A stretch of 64,000 nt of DNA, taken from positions 65,115-129,114 of the forward strand of contig CAMEJM010000003.1 of assembly GCA_945920215.1 (NCBI GenBank), in the 5' to 3' direction. A program made the translations under genes and the position numbers. Within the stretch, counting starts at the first letter, position 1, and every line of letters begins with the position of its first letter. The stretch is from an uncultured bacterium (lineage in GTDB: Bacteria > Bacillota > Clostridia > Oscillospirales > CAG-272). Below, in pieces: positions 19,042 through 27,116 of this stretch. The notes beneath the pieces are model-generated. The model saw nothing but the letters and a program-made list of their open reading frames with translations. It did no database searches and was not told where the DNA came from.

Positions 19042-19968
19042 ATGTACGATATCATTGTCATCGGGGCAGGTCCCGCGGGTCTGACGGCGGCGCTGTATAT
19101 TTGCCGCGCCAATAAAAAGGTACTGGTTCTTGAAAAAGGGACATTCGGGGGTCAGATCACCTATTCGCCGCACCTTGAGAATATTCCCGGATTTCCGCAT
19201 TTGAGCGGGAATGAATATGCGGAGAAGCTGCTTGAGCAGGTGGTGGCGCAGGGGGCGGATATCGAGTACGGCGAGGCACTTTCCGTCAAAGAGAACGGAA
19301 ATACAAAAACCGTTCTGACAGACCGGGGGGAATATACCGCTCTTGCGGTGATTGTGGCAACCGGAGCCAGGCACCGAACATTACAGGTTCCCAACGAGGA
19401 GAAATTTATCGGAAACGGCATTTCTTTCTGCGCCGTATGCGACGGCGCGTTTTACCGTGATAAGGTGGTCGGGGTAGTCGGCGGTGGGAATACCGCATTG
19501 CAGGAGGCCGTTCTTCTGGCAGATACTGCAAAGCAAGTATATGTTTTTCAACTGCTTGACCACCTGACAGGAGAGCAAAAACTGAAGGACAGGATTCAGA
19601 CGCTCGGAAATGTCTCTGTCAAAACAAACGTCACTGTCACGTCCATTCTCGGCGACCGTGTATTGGAGGGTATCAGATACCGTCACACCAAAACCGGGGA
19701 GGAAGATACAATCTCGCTGGACGGATTGTTCATAGCAATCGGATTCATACCGCAGAACGAGCCGTTTGAGAATATCCTGGAGTTGGATCGGGACGGTTAT
19801 GCCGAGGCAGGAGAAAATTGCGCCGCCAAAACACCCGGCGTCTTTGTAGCGGGTGACTGCCGCACGAAAATAATAAGACAAGTCACGACCGCAGCGGCGG
19901 ACGGCACCGTGGCGGCGCTAAACGCCTGCAACTATGTGGATACAGTATCTGCATTTTCCAAAAAGTAA
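19042..19968 (+). CDS. trxB: Thioredoxin-disulfide reductase family flavoprotein
   Basis: 308 aa. GAGPAGLTAA FAD site, redox CAVCDG motif, second GGGNTA dinucleotide site, C-terminal GVFVAGDC. Confidence 0.85.
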   Translation: MYDIIVIGAGPAGLTAALYICRANKKVLVLEKGTFGGQITYSPHLENIPGFPHLSGNEYAEKLLEQVVAQGADIEYGEALSVKENGNTKTVLTDRGEYTALAVIVATGARHRTLQVPNEEKFIGNGISFCAVCDGAFYRDKVVGVVGGGNTALQEAVLLADTAKQVYVFQLLDHLTGEQKLKDRIQTLGNVSVKTNVTVTSILGDRVLEGIRYRHTKTGEEDTISLDGLFIAIGFIPQNEPFENILELDRDGYAEAGENCAAKTPGVFVAGDCRTKIIRQVTTAAADGTVAALNACNYVDTVSAFSKK

Positions 19969-20085
19969 AATATGAAATTATTTTTAAAAAATAATTGACA
20001 AATTATGGATTTTATGATAGGATAAAAAAGCTGCGGAAAGTGTGGTGACTTCCGCGGTGTGAGCAAGTGCTCTTTCATATCAGTT

Positions 20086-20120
20086 TCCGCCGGTCTTTCG
20101 ACCGGCGGATTCTTGTGTAT
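20086..20120 (+). terminator. Rho-independent terminator
   Basis: TCCGCCGGTC-tttc-GACCGGCGGA (20086..20109) followed by TTCTTGTGT. It lies 118 nt after the trxB stop. Confidence 0.7.
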
Positions 20121-20501
20121 CACGTTTTGTGTCTCCGAAAGGTGCTGAAACCGATATCGCAGTTCAAGCCCCGAAGCGGCACTTTGCAAAAGTTTAAGTA
20201 TTCAATGAGAGTTTGCGCCTGGCAGTCCCCGATCGCTTTTGTTCCGCACATTCCTCGCGACGGTTATTTTCTGCTGCTGCACTGGCAAGAATATCGGCAA
20301 ACATCGTCAGAAGCAGGGAAATATCGTTCAGCGCGTCGTCGCTCAGGCAGGCAGTGACCATGACGGCAGTCAGAGCAACGCAAAATGTCACACGCGGAAA
20401 GTTCAATCGTCTCTCCCCCTTTCGTTACAGCCTATGAAACGGTTGCCGCGGATGTGCGGATAGCAAAAGGCTATTCGTTATATCCGAAAACAAACAGAAA
20501 A

Positions 20502-20537
20502 CCCGCGAGAAGCAGGGAAATACCTGCCTTTCACGGG
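20502..20537. terminator. Imperfect hairpin with T-runs on both sides, probable terminator of the GH31 gene
   Basis: CCCGCGAGAAGCAGG / CCTGCCTTTCACGGG (12 of 15 positions pair). On the minus strand it is followed by TTTTCTGTTTGTTTT. Confidence 0.5.
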
Positions 20538-20612
20538 CTTTTTGCCGTGTGATCACCCATGGGTTTGCCGCGTTGCGTATGCGGTTTGGGGATGGCGATC
20601 ACGAGAGGAAGA

Positions 20613-23042
20613 TCAAATCGTTTCAAGCAAACGGGCTTTTACGCAGTCTTCGAATTCGCTTTCATTGACGATGGCACGGAACTCCTCGATGTTCTTGGCA
20701 GTTTTCAGCTTATCAAAGGTCGTCACCTTTAACTGAATGACGGACTCTGTGGACATCATAACCTGCTGCGTGCGGTCGAGCAAACGCTGCAAATCTGTAC
20801 GGGTCTCGTATTCTACTGTGATCTCGTAGGTGTTTGCGGGGTCATAGGCAAAAGTGACGGTGACGCAATCACGCATTTCATCGGGCGTATTTACCTTTTC
20901 GCCATTGATTTTCAAAGACGCTTTTCCATCGGGAATAGAGCGGAATACAACCTTGAGGGTACGGTCTTCCGGAATCACATTTTCATCCCCGACAGAGTGG
21001 ATTATCAAGGTCTGACGGGTCAGGTTCCCATCGGTTGCGCTGCGGTTTTCAAATACCGTTTCAAGCGTTCCGTCCCGATTTTTATCTCTGGCATCCTCAA
21101 AGAGGGTGTAAGAGTAATCGCCTTCGTAGGAAATAATCGCCAGCTTGTGCGGGTTTCCGCAACAATTGTCGTCATCTTCGGAAAGCGGAACGATGCCGCC
21201 CGCCGGAACAAGAACAGGAATCGAATCCAGATTGCGGAGCAGGGTTTTCTTCATACCGCCAACAGGCGCGGTGTATTCGTCGCCGGTAAAGAAATCGAAC
21301 CATCTGCCGGCGGGGATCCATGTCTCCACGCGCGCAAAGCCGTCTGCCTTGGCAGGGTGAGTGACGGGATTAACCAAAAGCTCACCGCCGAAGAAATACT
21401 CGTTTTTGTATGCGTATGCTTCCTTTTGATCGTAGGAATAGTAAAGCGGTTCCACCAGCGCAAGCCCCTCTTTGTGAGTTCTTTGGTTGGCGGTATAAAG
21501 GTACGGAATCAAGGCGTGGCGCAGGCGCATGAAGTCTTCGGCAATCAGACCCGCTCCGTTTTTATAGTACCAAGGCTCCTTTGTCACAGCCGGCGCGTTG
21601 GTGCTGTGCAGACGGTTGATCGGGCTGAAAACGCCGTATTGGATGTGCCGGGTATACAGTTCATAATTCAACTCGCCGTGCATATGACCGCCGATGTCGT
21701 GGCTCCACCAAGTGTAGCCGACATTCGACGAGGTTGAGGTGAAGTAGGGAAGAAAATCGAGCGTTTTCCATGTAATCAGGGTATCGCCCGAGAAGCCGAT
21801 GGGATAACGGTGGGAACCGATGCCGCCGTAACGGGAGAGAATCAGAGGGACAGTGTGTCCCTTGGCATTGTCCAGATAGTGGTAGTGGTTGAGAGACCAA
21901 AGCGGGTCAAGCCCTTTGACGTCGGATTTGGTGCCTTGCTGCCAGTCAATCCACCAGAAGTCGACGCCCTCTTCTTCAAGTGGTTTGTGCATATCGGAAA
22001 AATAATGGTTGATGAAATTGGGATCCGAAATGTGGAACTTTACACGCTTTTTGCTCTTGGGGTCAATGCCTGTGACGGTTGCCATTTTTTCATAGCATTT
22101 TTCCCAGAAACGGACGCCATCGGCAGGGTGGAGGTTCAAGGTAATTTGCAGGTTCCGCTTTTTGACGGCGTTCAGAAAATCGCAGTGGTTGGGGAAGAGT
22201 TCCTCGTTCCATGTATAGCCTGTCCAGCCGGGTCTTTCTCCGACATACTCATCCTTGTCAAGCTTGGACAAACCGTATTTTTCGGTTACACCCTGATCGT
22301 TTGATTCGTGCCAGTCCATATCGATTGTGGCAACAGTCAGGGGGACCTTGTGTTCTTCAAAGCGGTTCAGAAGCTGGAGGTATTCCCGATCGGTGTAGGC
22401 ATGATAACGGCTCCACCAGTTACCGAGCGCGAAACGGGGTAAGAGAGGAACAGACCCTGTGATGCGGAAGAGGGCGCGGACGGCGGCACGGTAATCATGG
22501 CCGAAAGCAAACACGTATTCATCGGTTCCGTCGCCATATTCCGGCTTGAATTCACCGTCGTCCGCAAGGGTCAAGGCTCCCGCATCGTCAAACAGCGCGA
22601 TTCCGCTTTTGGAACATACGCCTGTGCCGAGATCGATAGGGACAGGCGGGTGGTCGGGTTCACCCCAAAATATCGTCTGAGCATTGCCGTCAAAGCAGTC
22701 AAGCGTGCGGTATGTACCCTTGAGGTTGTCTTTGTTTTCAATTTTCAGGCGCTTACCGCCCATGATAACGCGGCAATCCTCACGGTTTTCCGCAAGGATT
22801 ATTTTGATGGCGCCTGTGTCAACGGTGAGACGTCCGTTCCGAATATGCTTCTTGTGCGGGACAAGCGGCAGGTCGCGATACCAGACCGTCTGTGTTGCTG
22901 CGTCACGGAACAGGTCGCTTTCGCTGTGTTCGAGCCGGAACAAACGGTCCTCCAGCAGCGTCAGTCGATAGTGTCCGAAGCGAATGATGTTTTTTTCTTT
23001 TGCCAATGGGGAGGTTTTTGCAATCAAGTGTTGATCAAGCAT
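20613..23042 (-). CDS. Glycoside hydrolase family 31 protein (alpha-glycosidase)
   Basis: 809 aa. GH31-like catalytic region (VDFWWIDWQQG nucleophile-type motif, WWSHDIGGH acid/base region) with N- and C-terminal beta-sandwich domains. AAGGAG serves as the RBS. Confidence 0.8.
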   Translation of the reverse strand: MLDQHLIAKTSPLAKEKNIIRFGHYRLTLLEDRLFRLEHSESDLFRDAATQTVWYRDLPLVPHKKHIRNGRLTVDTGAIKIILAENREDCRVIMGGKRLKIENKDNLKGTYRTLDCFDGNAQTIFWGEPDHPPVPIDLGTGVCSKSGIALFDDAGALTLADDGEFKPEYGDGTDEYVFAFGHDYRAAVRALFRITGSVPLLPRFALGNWWSRYHAYTDREYLQLLNRFEEHKVPLTVATIDMDWHESNDQGVTEKYGLSKLDKDEYVGERPGWTGYTWNEELFPNHCDFLNAVKKRNLQITLNLHPADGVRFWEKCYEKMATVTGIDPKSKKRVKFHISDPNFINHYFSDMHKPLEEEGVDFWWIDWQQGTKSDVKGLDPLWSLNHYHYLDNAKGHTVPLILSRYGGIGSHRYPIGFSGDTLITWKTLDFLPYFTSTSSNVGYTWWSHDIGGHMHGELNYELYTRHIQYGVFSPINRLHSTNAPAVTKEPWYYKNGAGLIAEDFMRLRHALIPYLYTANQRTHKEGLALVEPLYYSYDQKEAYAYKNEYFFGGELLVNPVTHPAKADGFARVETWIPAGRWFDFFTGDEYTAPVGGMKKTLLRNLDSIPVLVPAGGIVPLSEDDDNCCGNPHKLAIISYEGDYSYTLFEDARDKNRDGTLETVFENRSATDGNLTRQTLIIHSVGDENVIPEDRTLKVVFRSIPDGKASLKINGEKVNTPDEMRDCVTVTFAYDPANTYEITVEYETRTDLQRLLDRTQQVMMSTESVIQLKVTTFDKLKTAKNIEEFRAIVNESEFEDCVKARLLETI

Positions 23043-23121
23043 AATAGACTCCTTGCTTCATATTGGGCTTTGGGGCTCGGTATTCAGTGCGCGAAAAGTT
23101 GTCTCGAGGGGGGAAGAAATA

Positions 23122-23197
23122 AAATAAACCTGAATTTAATCCCTGCTGTTTACAAATGTTGTGCTTTGTACATTTCAAGATTAAATTCAGGTTATTT
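23122..23197 (-). terminator. Long hairpin directly after tRNA-Ala(CGC)
   Basis: 19-nt perfect arms, AAATAAACCTGAATTTAATC (23122..23141) and GATTAAATTCAGGTTATTT (23179..23197). On the minus strand they are followed by TTTATTTTATTTCTT. Confidence 0.6.
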
Positions 23198-23273
23198 TGG
23201 TGGAGCTAAGGGGATTCGAACCCCTGACCTATGCGTTGCGAACGCATCGCTCTACCAACTGAGCTATAACCCC
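23198..23273 (-). tRNA. tRNA-Ala (anticodon CGC), CCA encoded
   Basis: Manual fold of the reverse complement GGGGTTATAGCTCAGTTGGTAGAGC...TTCGCAA...GGTTCGAATCCCCTTAGCTCCACCA. Findings: G3:U70 Ala identity pair, 7-nt anticodon loop with CGC, canonical T-loop, 76 nt. Confidence 0.92.
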
Positions 23274-23405
23274 ATGCGTGCTGTGCATAAAACCGTTATT
23301 CATTTCGTAGAGGAGCTGTCAGAGCCAAATCCGAATCACACCATCGCGCGATAAGACTTGGCTCTGCGCGACACTCCATCGACGATTGAGTGCAAGCAAT
23401 GCCTG

Positions 23406-23481
23406 CTGGTGGAGCATAGGGGACTCGAACCCCTGACCCCGACACTGCCAGTGTCGTGCGCTCCCAACTGCGCTAATGCCC
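23406..23481 (-). tRNA. tRNA-Ala (anticodon GGC), CCA encoded
   Basis: Reverse complement GGGGCATTAGCGCAGTTGGGAGCGC...CTGGCAG...GGTTCGAGTCCCCTATGCTCCACCA. Findings: G3:U70, anticodon GGC, 76 nt. Confidence 0.92.
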
Positions 23482-23496
23482 CGCTGATTTCTTAAA

Positions 23497-23525
23497 CAAT
23501 ATACCATAAAAAAAGCGACATTGCA
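23497..23525 (-). promoter_or_regulatory. Promoter of the tandem tRNA-Ala genes
   Basis: Minus strand: TTGCAA (23525..23520), 17-nt spacer ending in TGG, TATATT (23502..23497). Confidence 0.65.
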
Positions 23526-23943
23526 AGCCTGTTTTATTATTTTTCTAAAAAATCGTATTGGCGAAAGAATCCGGCTGAATCGTTGAGATTCAAATGAGTT
23601 TTTTCCAGAAGCGGAGGGGGGCGATTGTATAGTCAGTTTTATTTGCGAGCTATTGTTAGATAATTCCTTGATTATCTTTTCTGCCTATATTATAATAGTC
23701 AAAAAAGGATTGATGGGATATGAGCATCGTGATCGATGTGTCCTGCCTTGGGAAGGGACATGGTGTTCCTGCGTTGGAGCGAATGCTTGACTATTTTTCC
23801 AATCCTTTTTAACAGGTATCATCGCCGTTATCGGTGTATGAATAAAAATTTAGAAGTAGAAAGGGTGGTTCTTTATGAAGATGAATCGTGTATGGAGGGT
23901 TCACGCTTCCTAACCCTCCGAATTGAATTTTGGAGGAAACAGA

Positions 23944-24873
23944 ATGGAAAAACAAATTACCATCCGTGAAGCAACCACGGAAACTGATGTTGTAGCCTTT
24001 TGGGAGCAACTTCACATCTATTACATACGGGACATTTTCCCTGATCCGGAAGATGAGGACAGAGGGTATTTTCTTGATGATGAACACCGCTCAATGATAC
24101 AAAAAATCCATGATCGTCAGCAGGATCGGTGCTACTATCTGTTCTTTCATCGGGATGGACAGGACATTGGCTTTGCCCTCCCGGTAATCTATACCACAGA
24201 GGACGGCAAGTGCTTCCTTATGGAGTTCTGCGTTTATCCGCAATTTCGGGGCAATGGAACGGGCAAAGAATGCGCCAAGGCGCTGCTGCAATGGGCACGG
24301 GAAAAAGGCGCATTGTATGCGGAATTGAACTATGGCAACGACGCTCGTCGCCGTCGCTTTTGGGAAAGCGTTGGCTTTGTCTGCAACGGTGCTGATGAGT
24401 GGGGCGATCCTCTTATGATCCTACCGCCGAACAGGGATGTTCCCATTGCAGTCGAAGTGCTTACCAATCCCGAGGACTGGCAACTCAAAAAGCTGGAAAA
24501 TGGATTTTTGCGGGAAATCGGAGAAAATCCACTGACGGAAGAAAAACAAGGTCAACTGGTACAGGCAATCCGAGATGGAAAGATTCTCTTCTTTGTAGCA
24601 AGGCGTGGCTATCGGGCAGTTGGAATGTGCAGCGTAGCCAAATGTTTCTCTACCTTTTCCTGTTCCGATACCGGCGTGTTTGATGACTTTTTCATTGAGC
24701 CGGTATTCCGAAAGAAAGGTGTTGCCAGACAACTGGCACTTGCAGCGCAATGCTGGTGCAGAGAAAACGGCATTGCAAGCCTGACGGTTTGCTGCGCATC
24801 TTGTGATGAAGAAATGTATCAGTCACTCGGCTTTGACACACATTTAGGCACTACATTTGCATATCTTGGATAA
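23944..24873 (+). CDS. Tandem-domain GNAT family N-acetyltransferase
   Basis: Track ORF 23923..24873. ATG 23944 (MEKQITIRE) follows GGAGGA. There are two acetyl-CoA motif A regions, QFRGNGTGKECAKALLQWA and VFRKKGVARQLALAA. Confidence 0.8.
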   Translation: MEKQITIREATTETDVVAFWEQLHIYYIRDIFPDPEDEDRGYFLDDEHRSMIQKIHDRQQDRCYYLFFHRDGQDIGFALPVIYTTEDGKCFLMEFCVYPQFRGNGTGKECAKALLQWAREKGALYAELNYGNDARRRRFWESVGFVCNGADEWGDPLMILPPNRDVPIAVEVLTNPEDWQLKKLENGFLREIGENPLTEEKQGQLVQAIRDGKILFFVARRGYRAVGMCSVAKCFSTFSCSDTGVFDDFFIEPVFRKKGVARQLALAAQCWCRENGIASLTVCCASCDEEMYQSLGFDTHLGTTFAYLG

Positions 24874-24924
24874 CTGACAGCAGGGTTCCACACGAAAACA
24901 TTGTCCGCTATCATTGGAATAAAG

Positions 24925-24967
24925 AAAGCACCCAATTTGAACCCTAAAAGTTCAAATTGGGTGCTTT
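24925..24967. terminator. Bidirectional terminator shared by the GNAT gene and tRNA-Ser
   Basis: 18-bp perfect stem AAAGCACCCAATTTGAAC / GTTCAAATTGGGTGCTTT with A/T runs on both sides. Confidence 0.8.
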
Positions 24968-25056
24968 TGGCGGAGAGGGCGGGATTCGAACCCGCGTGTG
25001 GTTGCCCACAAACTGATTTCGAGTCAGCCCCGTTATGACCGCTTCGATACCTCTCC
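24968..25056 (-). tRNA. tRNA-Ser (anticodon CGA), long variable arm, CCA encoded
   Basis: Reverse complement GGAGAGGTATCGAAGCGGTC...CTCGAAA...TGTGGGCAACCACAC...GGTTCGAATCCCGCCCTCTCCGCCA, 89 nt. Confidence 0.9.
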
Positions 25057-25084
25057 GTATGAGCGTGGGGGTCGGACGAGGGTT

Positions 25085-25113
25085 ATTATAACATACCACC
25101 GGCGGGAACGCAA
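25085..25113 (-). promoter_or_regulatory. Promoter of tRNA-Ser
   Basis: Minus strand: TTGCGT (25113..25108), 17-nt spacer, TATAAT (25090..25085) with an upstream TG. Confidence 0.65.
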
Positions 25114-25140
25114 GTGTTTTCGCATATTTTACAGCGGGGG

Positions 25141-25169
25141 TTGCAAAAAAATACTGCCTATGTTAAAAT
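25141..25169 (+). promoter_or_regulatory. Promoter of the dCMP deaminase gene
   Basis: TTGCAA (25141..25146), 17-nt spacer, TAAAAT (25164..25169). Confidence 0.65.
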
Positions 25170-25200
25170 GAAAAAAACGTAAGACAAAGGGTAAGATGAT

Positions 25201-25695
25201 ATGAAAAGACAAGGATATATCACATGGGACGAGTATTTCATGGGCGTGGCTCTTCTGACTGCGCAGCGTTCCAAAGACCCCAATACCCAAGTGGGCGCTT
25301 GTATTGTCGACAGAGAGAAAAGAATTCTCTCCACCGGGTATAACGGCTTCCCCAGCGGCTGCTCCGATGACGTTTTCCCGTGGGAACGCGAGGGAGAGCA
25401 GAGCAATGATACCAAATATCCCTTTGTTGTTCATGCGGAACTGAACGCCATCCTGAATGCGCGAGGCAAAAATCTGACCGGGGCAAAGCTGTATGTTGCG
25501 TTGTTTCCGTGTAATGAGTGCGCCAAGGCGATTATTCAAAGCGGCATTACTGAGGTTGTTTACCTTTCGGATAAATACAAGCATACCTCTCCCACTTTGG
25601 CGTCCCGCATGATGTTCGACGCCGCCGGCGTCAAGCTGACGCCTTTTGAAGGCAATCAGGATACCATTACTCTCAATTTCAAGATCGATTCTTAA
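25201..25695 (+). CDS. comEB: Deoxycytidylate (dCMP) deaminase, ComEB family
   Basis: 164 aa. WDEYFMGVALL..., zinc motifs HAELNA and PCNECAKAI. Confidence 0.9.
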   Translation: MKRQGYITWDEYFMGVALLTAQRSKDPNTQVGACIVDREKRILSTGYNGFPSGCSDDVFPWEREGEQSNDTKYPFVVHAELNAILNARGKNLTGAKLYVALFPCNECAKAIIQSGITEVVYLSDKYKHTSPTLASRMMFDAAGVKLTPFEGNQDTITLNFKIDS

Positions 25696-25721
25696 AAAAT
25701 GCGGCGCTGCCGCATTTTTTT
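25694..25721. terminator. Terminator after dCMP deaminase
   Basis: AAAAAATGCGGCgcTGCCGCATTTTTTT. Confidence 0.8.
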
Positions 25722-25829
25722 ATTTTCTGCAAAAAGAAAACCGATGCAGGACATGAATGATATGAAATATATGTTCGGATAATAGAATCGGAAAAAATGG
25801 GTAGGTATCTTTGAGTGCCTGCGCAAAAC

Positions 25830-25858
25830 TTGACTTTTTCAGAGAGTATATATATAAT
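25830..25858 (+). promoter_or_regulatory. Promoter of the COG0523 gene pair
   Basis: TTGACT (25830..25835), 17-nt spacer, TATAAT (25853..25858). Confidence 0.7.
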
Positions 25859-25895
25859 AAGCAATTGAAATAAAATTTGTTCGGAGATGGTTTAA

Positions 25896-27101
25896 GTGAC
25901 AAAGATCGATATTATTTCCGGCTTTTTGGGCGCCGGTAAAACAACTCTGATTAAAAAGTTGATCCGCGAAGTTTATCAGGGCGAAAAGATTGTGCTGATT
26001 GAAAATGAATTCGGTGAAATCGGTATCGACGGCGGATTTTTGAAGGATTCCGGCATACAGATCAACGAGCTGAATTCCGGCTGTATCTGCTGCTCTCTGG
26101 TAGGGGATTTCGGCAATGCACTCGGCAAGGTGCTCAGCGATATGAAGCCGGACCGTATTATTATTGAGCCGTCCGGTGTCGGCAAACTTTCCGACGTTAT
26201 CAGAGCGGTGCAGGGTGCTGGGACCGAGGGGGCTGTCTTAAACGGCTTTACGACGGTTGCCGACGTCAATAAATGCAAGATGTATATGAAGAACTTCGGT
26301 GAGTTCTATAACGATCAGATTGCCAATGCCGGCTGTATCATCCTGAGCCATACAGCCAAAGCAAAGGAAGAAAAAATTGCCGAGTGCGTGGCACTGTTAC
26401 GCGAGCATAATGACAGCGCAGTGATTGTCACAACCGATTGGGACAAGCTCTCCGGTGCGGAAATCCTTGCCGCCATGGAGCGCAAAGATACCTTGAGCGC
26501 TGAAATTGAACGCCTGGCAAAAGAGGCAGAGGAGGCGCACCATCACCATGATGGCGACGACTGCTGCTGCGGGGAACATCACCATCATGATGAGGAGGAG
26601 CATGACCATCACCATCATCACGATGACGATGAAGAGGAGCATGACCATCACCATCATCACGATGATGATGAAGAGGAGCACGAGCATCACCATCATCACG
26701 ATGATGACGAAGAGGGGCACGAGCATCACCATCATCACGGCGATGACGATGATGACGATGATGACGATGAGTGCGATTGCGGTTGCGGGGAACATCACCA
26801 CCACCATCACCATCATCATGCAGATGAGGTCTTTACAAGCTGGGGGAAAGAGACGACCCGCAAGTTTACCGCCGACAGAATCCGTGAGATCTGCGCTGCA
26901 TTTGACGAGGACGCAGAGCGCTACGGCATGATTCTGCGTGCAAAGGGCATTGTGGAAGGGGAAGACGGCACTTGGATTCACTTTGATTATGTTCCCGGTG
27001 AGACCGATGTGCGTACAGGCGCCGCTGCCGTTATCGGGCGCGTGTGCGTGATTGGGTCACACCTTGCGGAAGATGAACTTGCCGAGCTGTTCGGACTGTG
27101 A
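25896..27101 (+). CDS. COG0523-family (CobW/ZigA/YeiR-like) GTPase metallochaperone with a ~97-residue His/Asp/Glu/Cys-rich insert
   Basis: GTG start after GGAGATGG. Walker A GFLGAGKTTL, metal motif GCICCSL (CxCC), IIIEPSGVG, then the insert AHHHHDGDDCCCGEHHHH...EHHHHHHHHH, then a CobW_C-like C-terminal domain. Confidence 0.88.
   Translation: MTKIDIISGFLGAGKTTLIKKLIREVYQGEKIVLIENEFGEIGIDGGFLKDSGIQINELNSGCICCSLVGDFGNALGKVLSDMKPDRIIIEPSGVGKLSDVIRAVQGAGTEGAVLNGFTTVADVNKCKMYMKNFGEFYNDQIANAGCIILSHTAKAKEEKIAECVALLREHNDSAVIVTTDWDKLSGAEILAAMERKDTLSAEIERLAKEAEEAHHHHDGDDCCCGEHHHHDEEEHDHHHHHDDDEEEHDHHHHHDDDEEEHEHHHHHDDDEEGHEHHHHHGDDDDDDDDDECDCGCGEHHHHHHHHHADEVFTSWGKETTRKFTADRIREICAAFDEDAERYGMILRAKGIVEGEDGTWIHFDYVPGETDVRTGAAAVIGRVCVIGSHLAEDELAELFGL
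26592..26747 (+). repeat. Four in-frame tandem copies of a 39-bp unit encoding EEEH(D/E)HHHHHDDD
   Basis: Units at 26592..26630, 26631..26669, 26670..26708 and 26709..26747 differ by a few substitutions. Further GAT/GAC and CAC/CAT runs follow. Confidence 0.9.
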
Positions 27102-27116
27102 TCCGGGGGTGCTTTT

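Noticed and set aside
20194-20406. 70-codon minus-strand ORF with a TTG start and a GGGGGAGAG RBS-like element (MNFPRVTFCVALTAVMVTACLSDD...).
   Set aside because: It has an alternative start codon, no recognisable family, no clear promoter, and lies in a spacer between convergent terminators. The evidence is insufficient to call a gene, though it could be a small membrane peptide.
25722-25895. Zur box upstream of the COG0523 pair.
   Set aside because: The region is AT-rich, but I found no convincing palindrome of the TAAATCGTAATnATTACGATTTA type. The question is left open in the finding.
26536-26820. Repetitive DNA that could be mistaken for a CRISPR-like or intergenic tandem array.
   Set aside because: The repeats are contiguous with no spacers, in frame, and inside a COG0523 gene. 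They encode the His/Asp/Glu tract.
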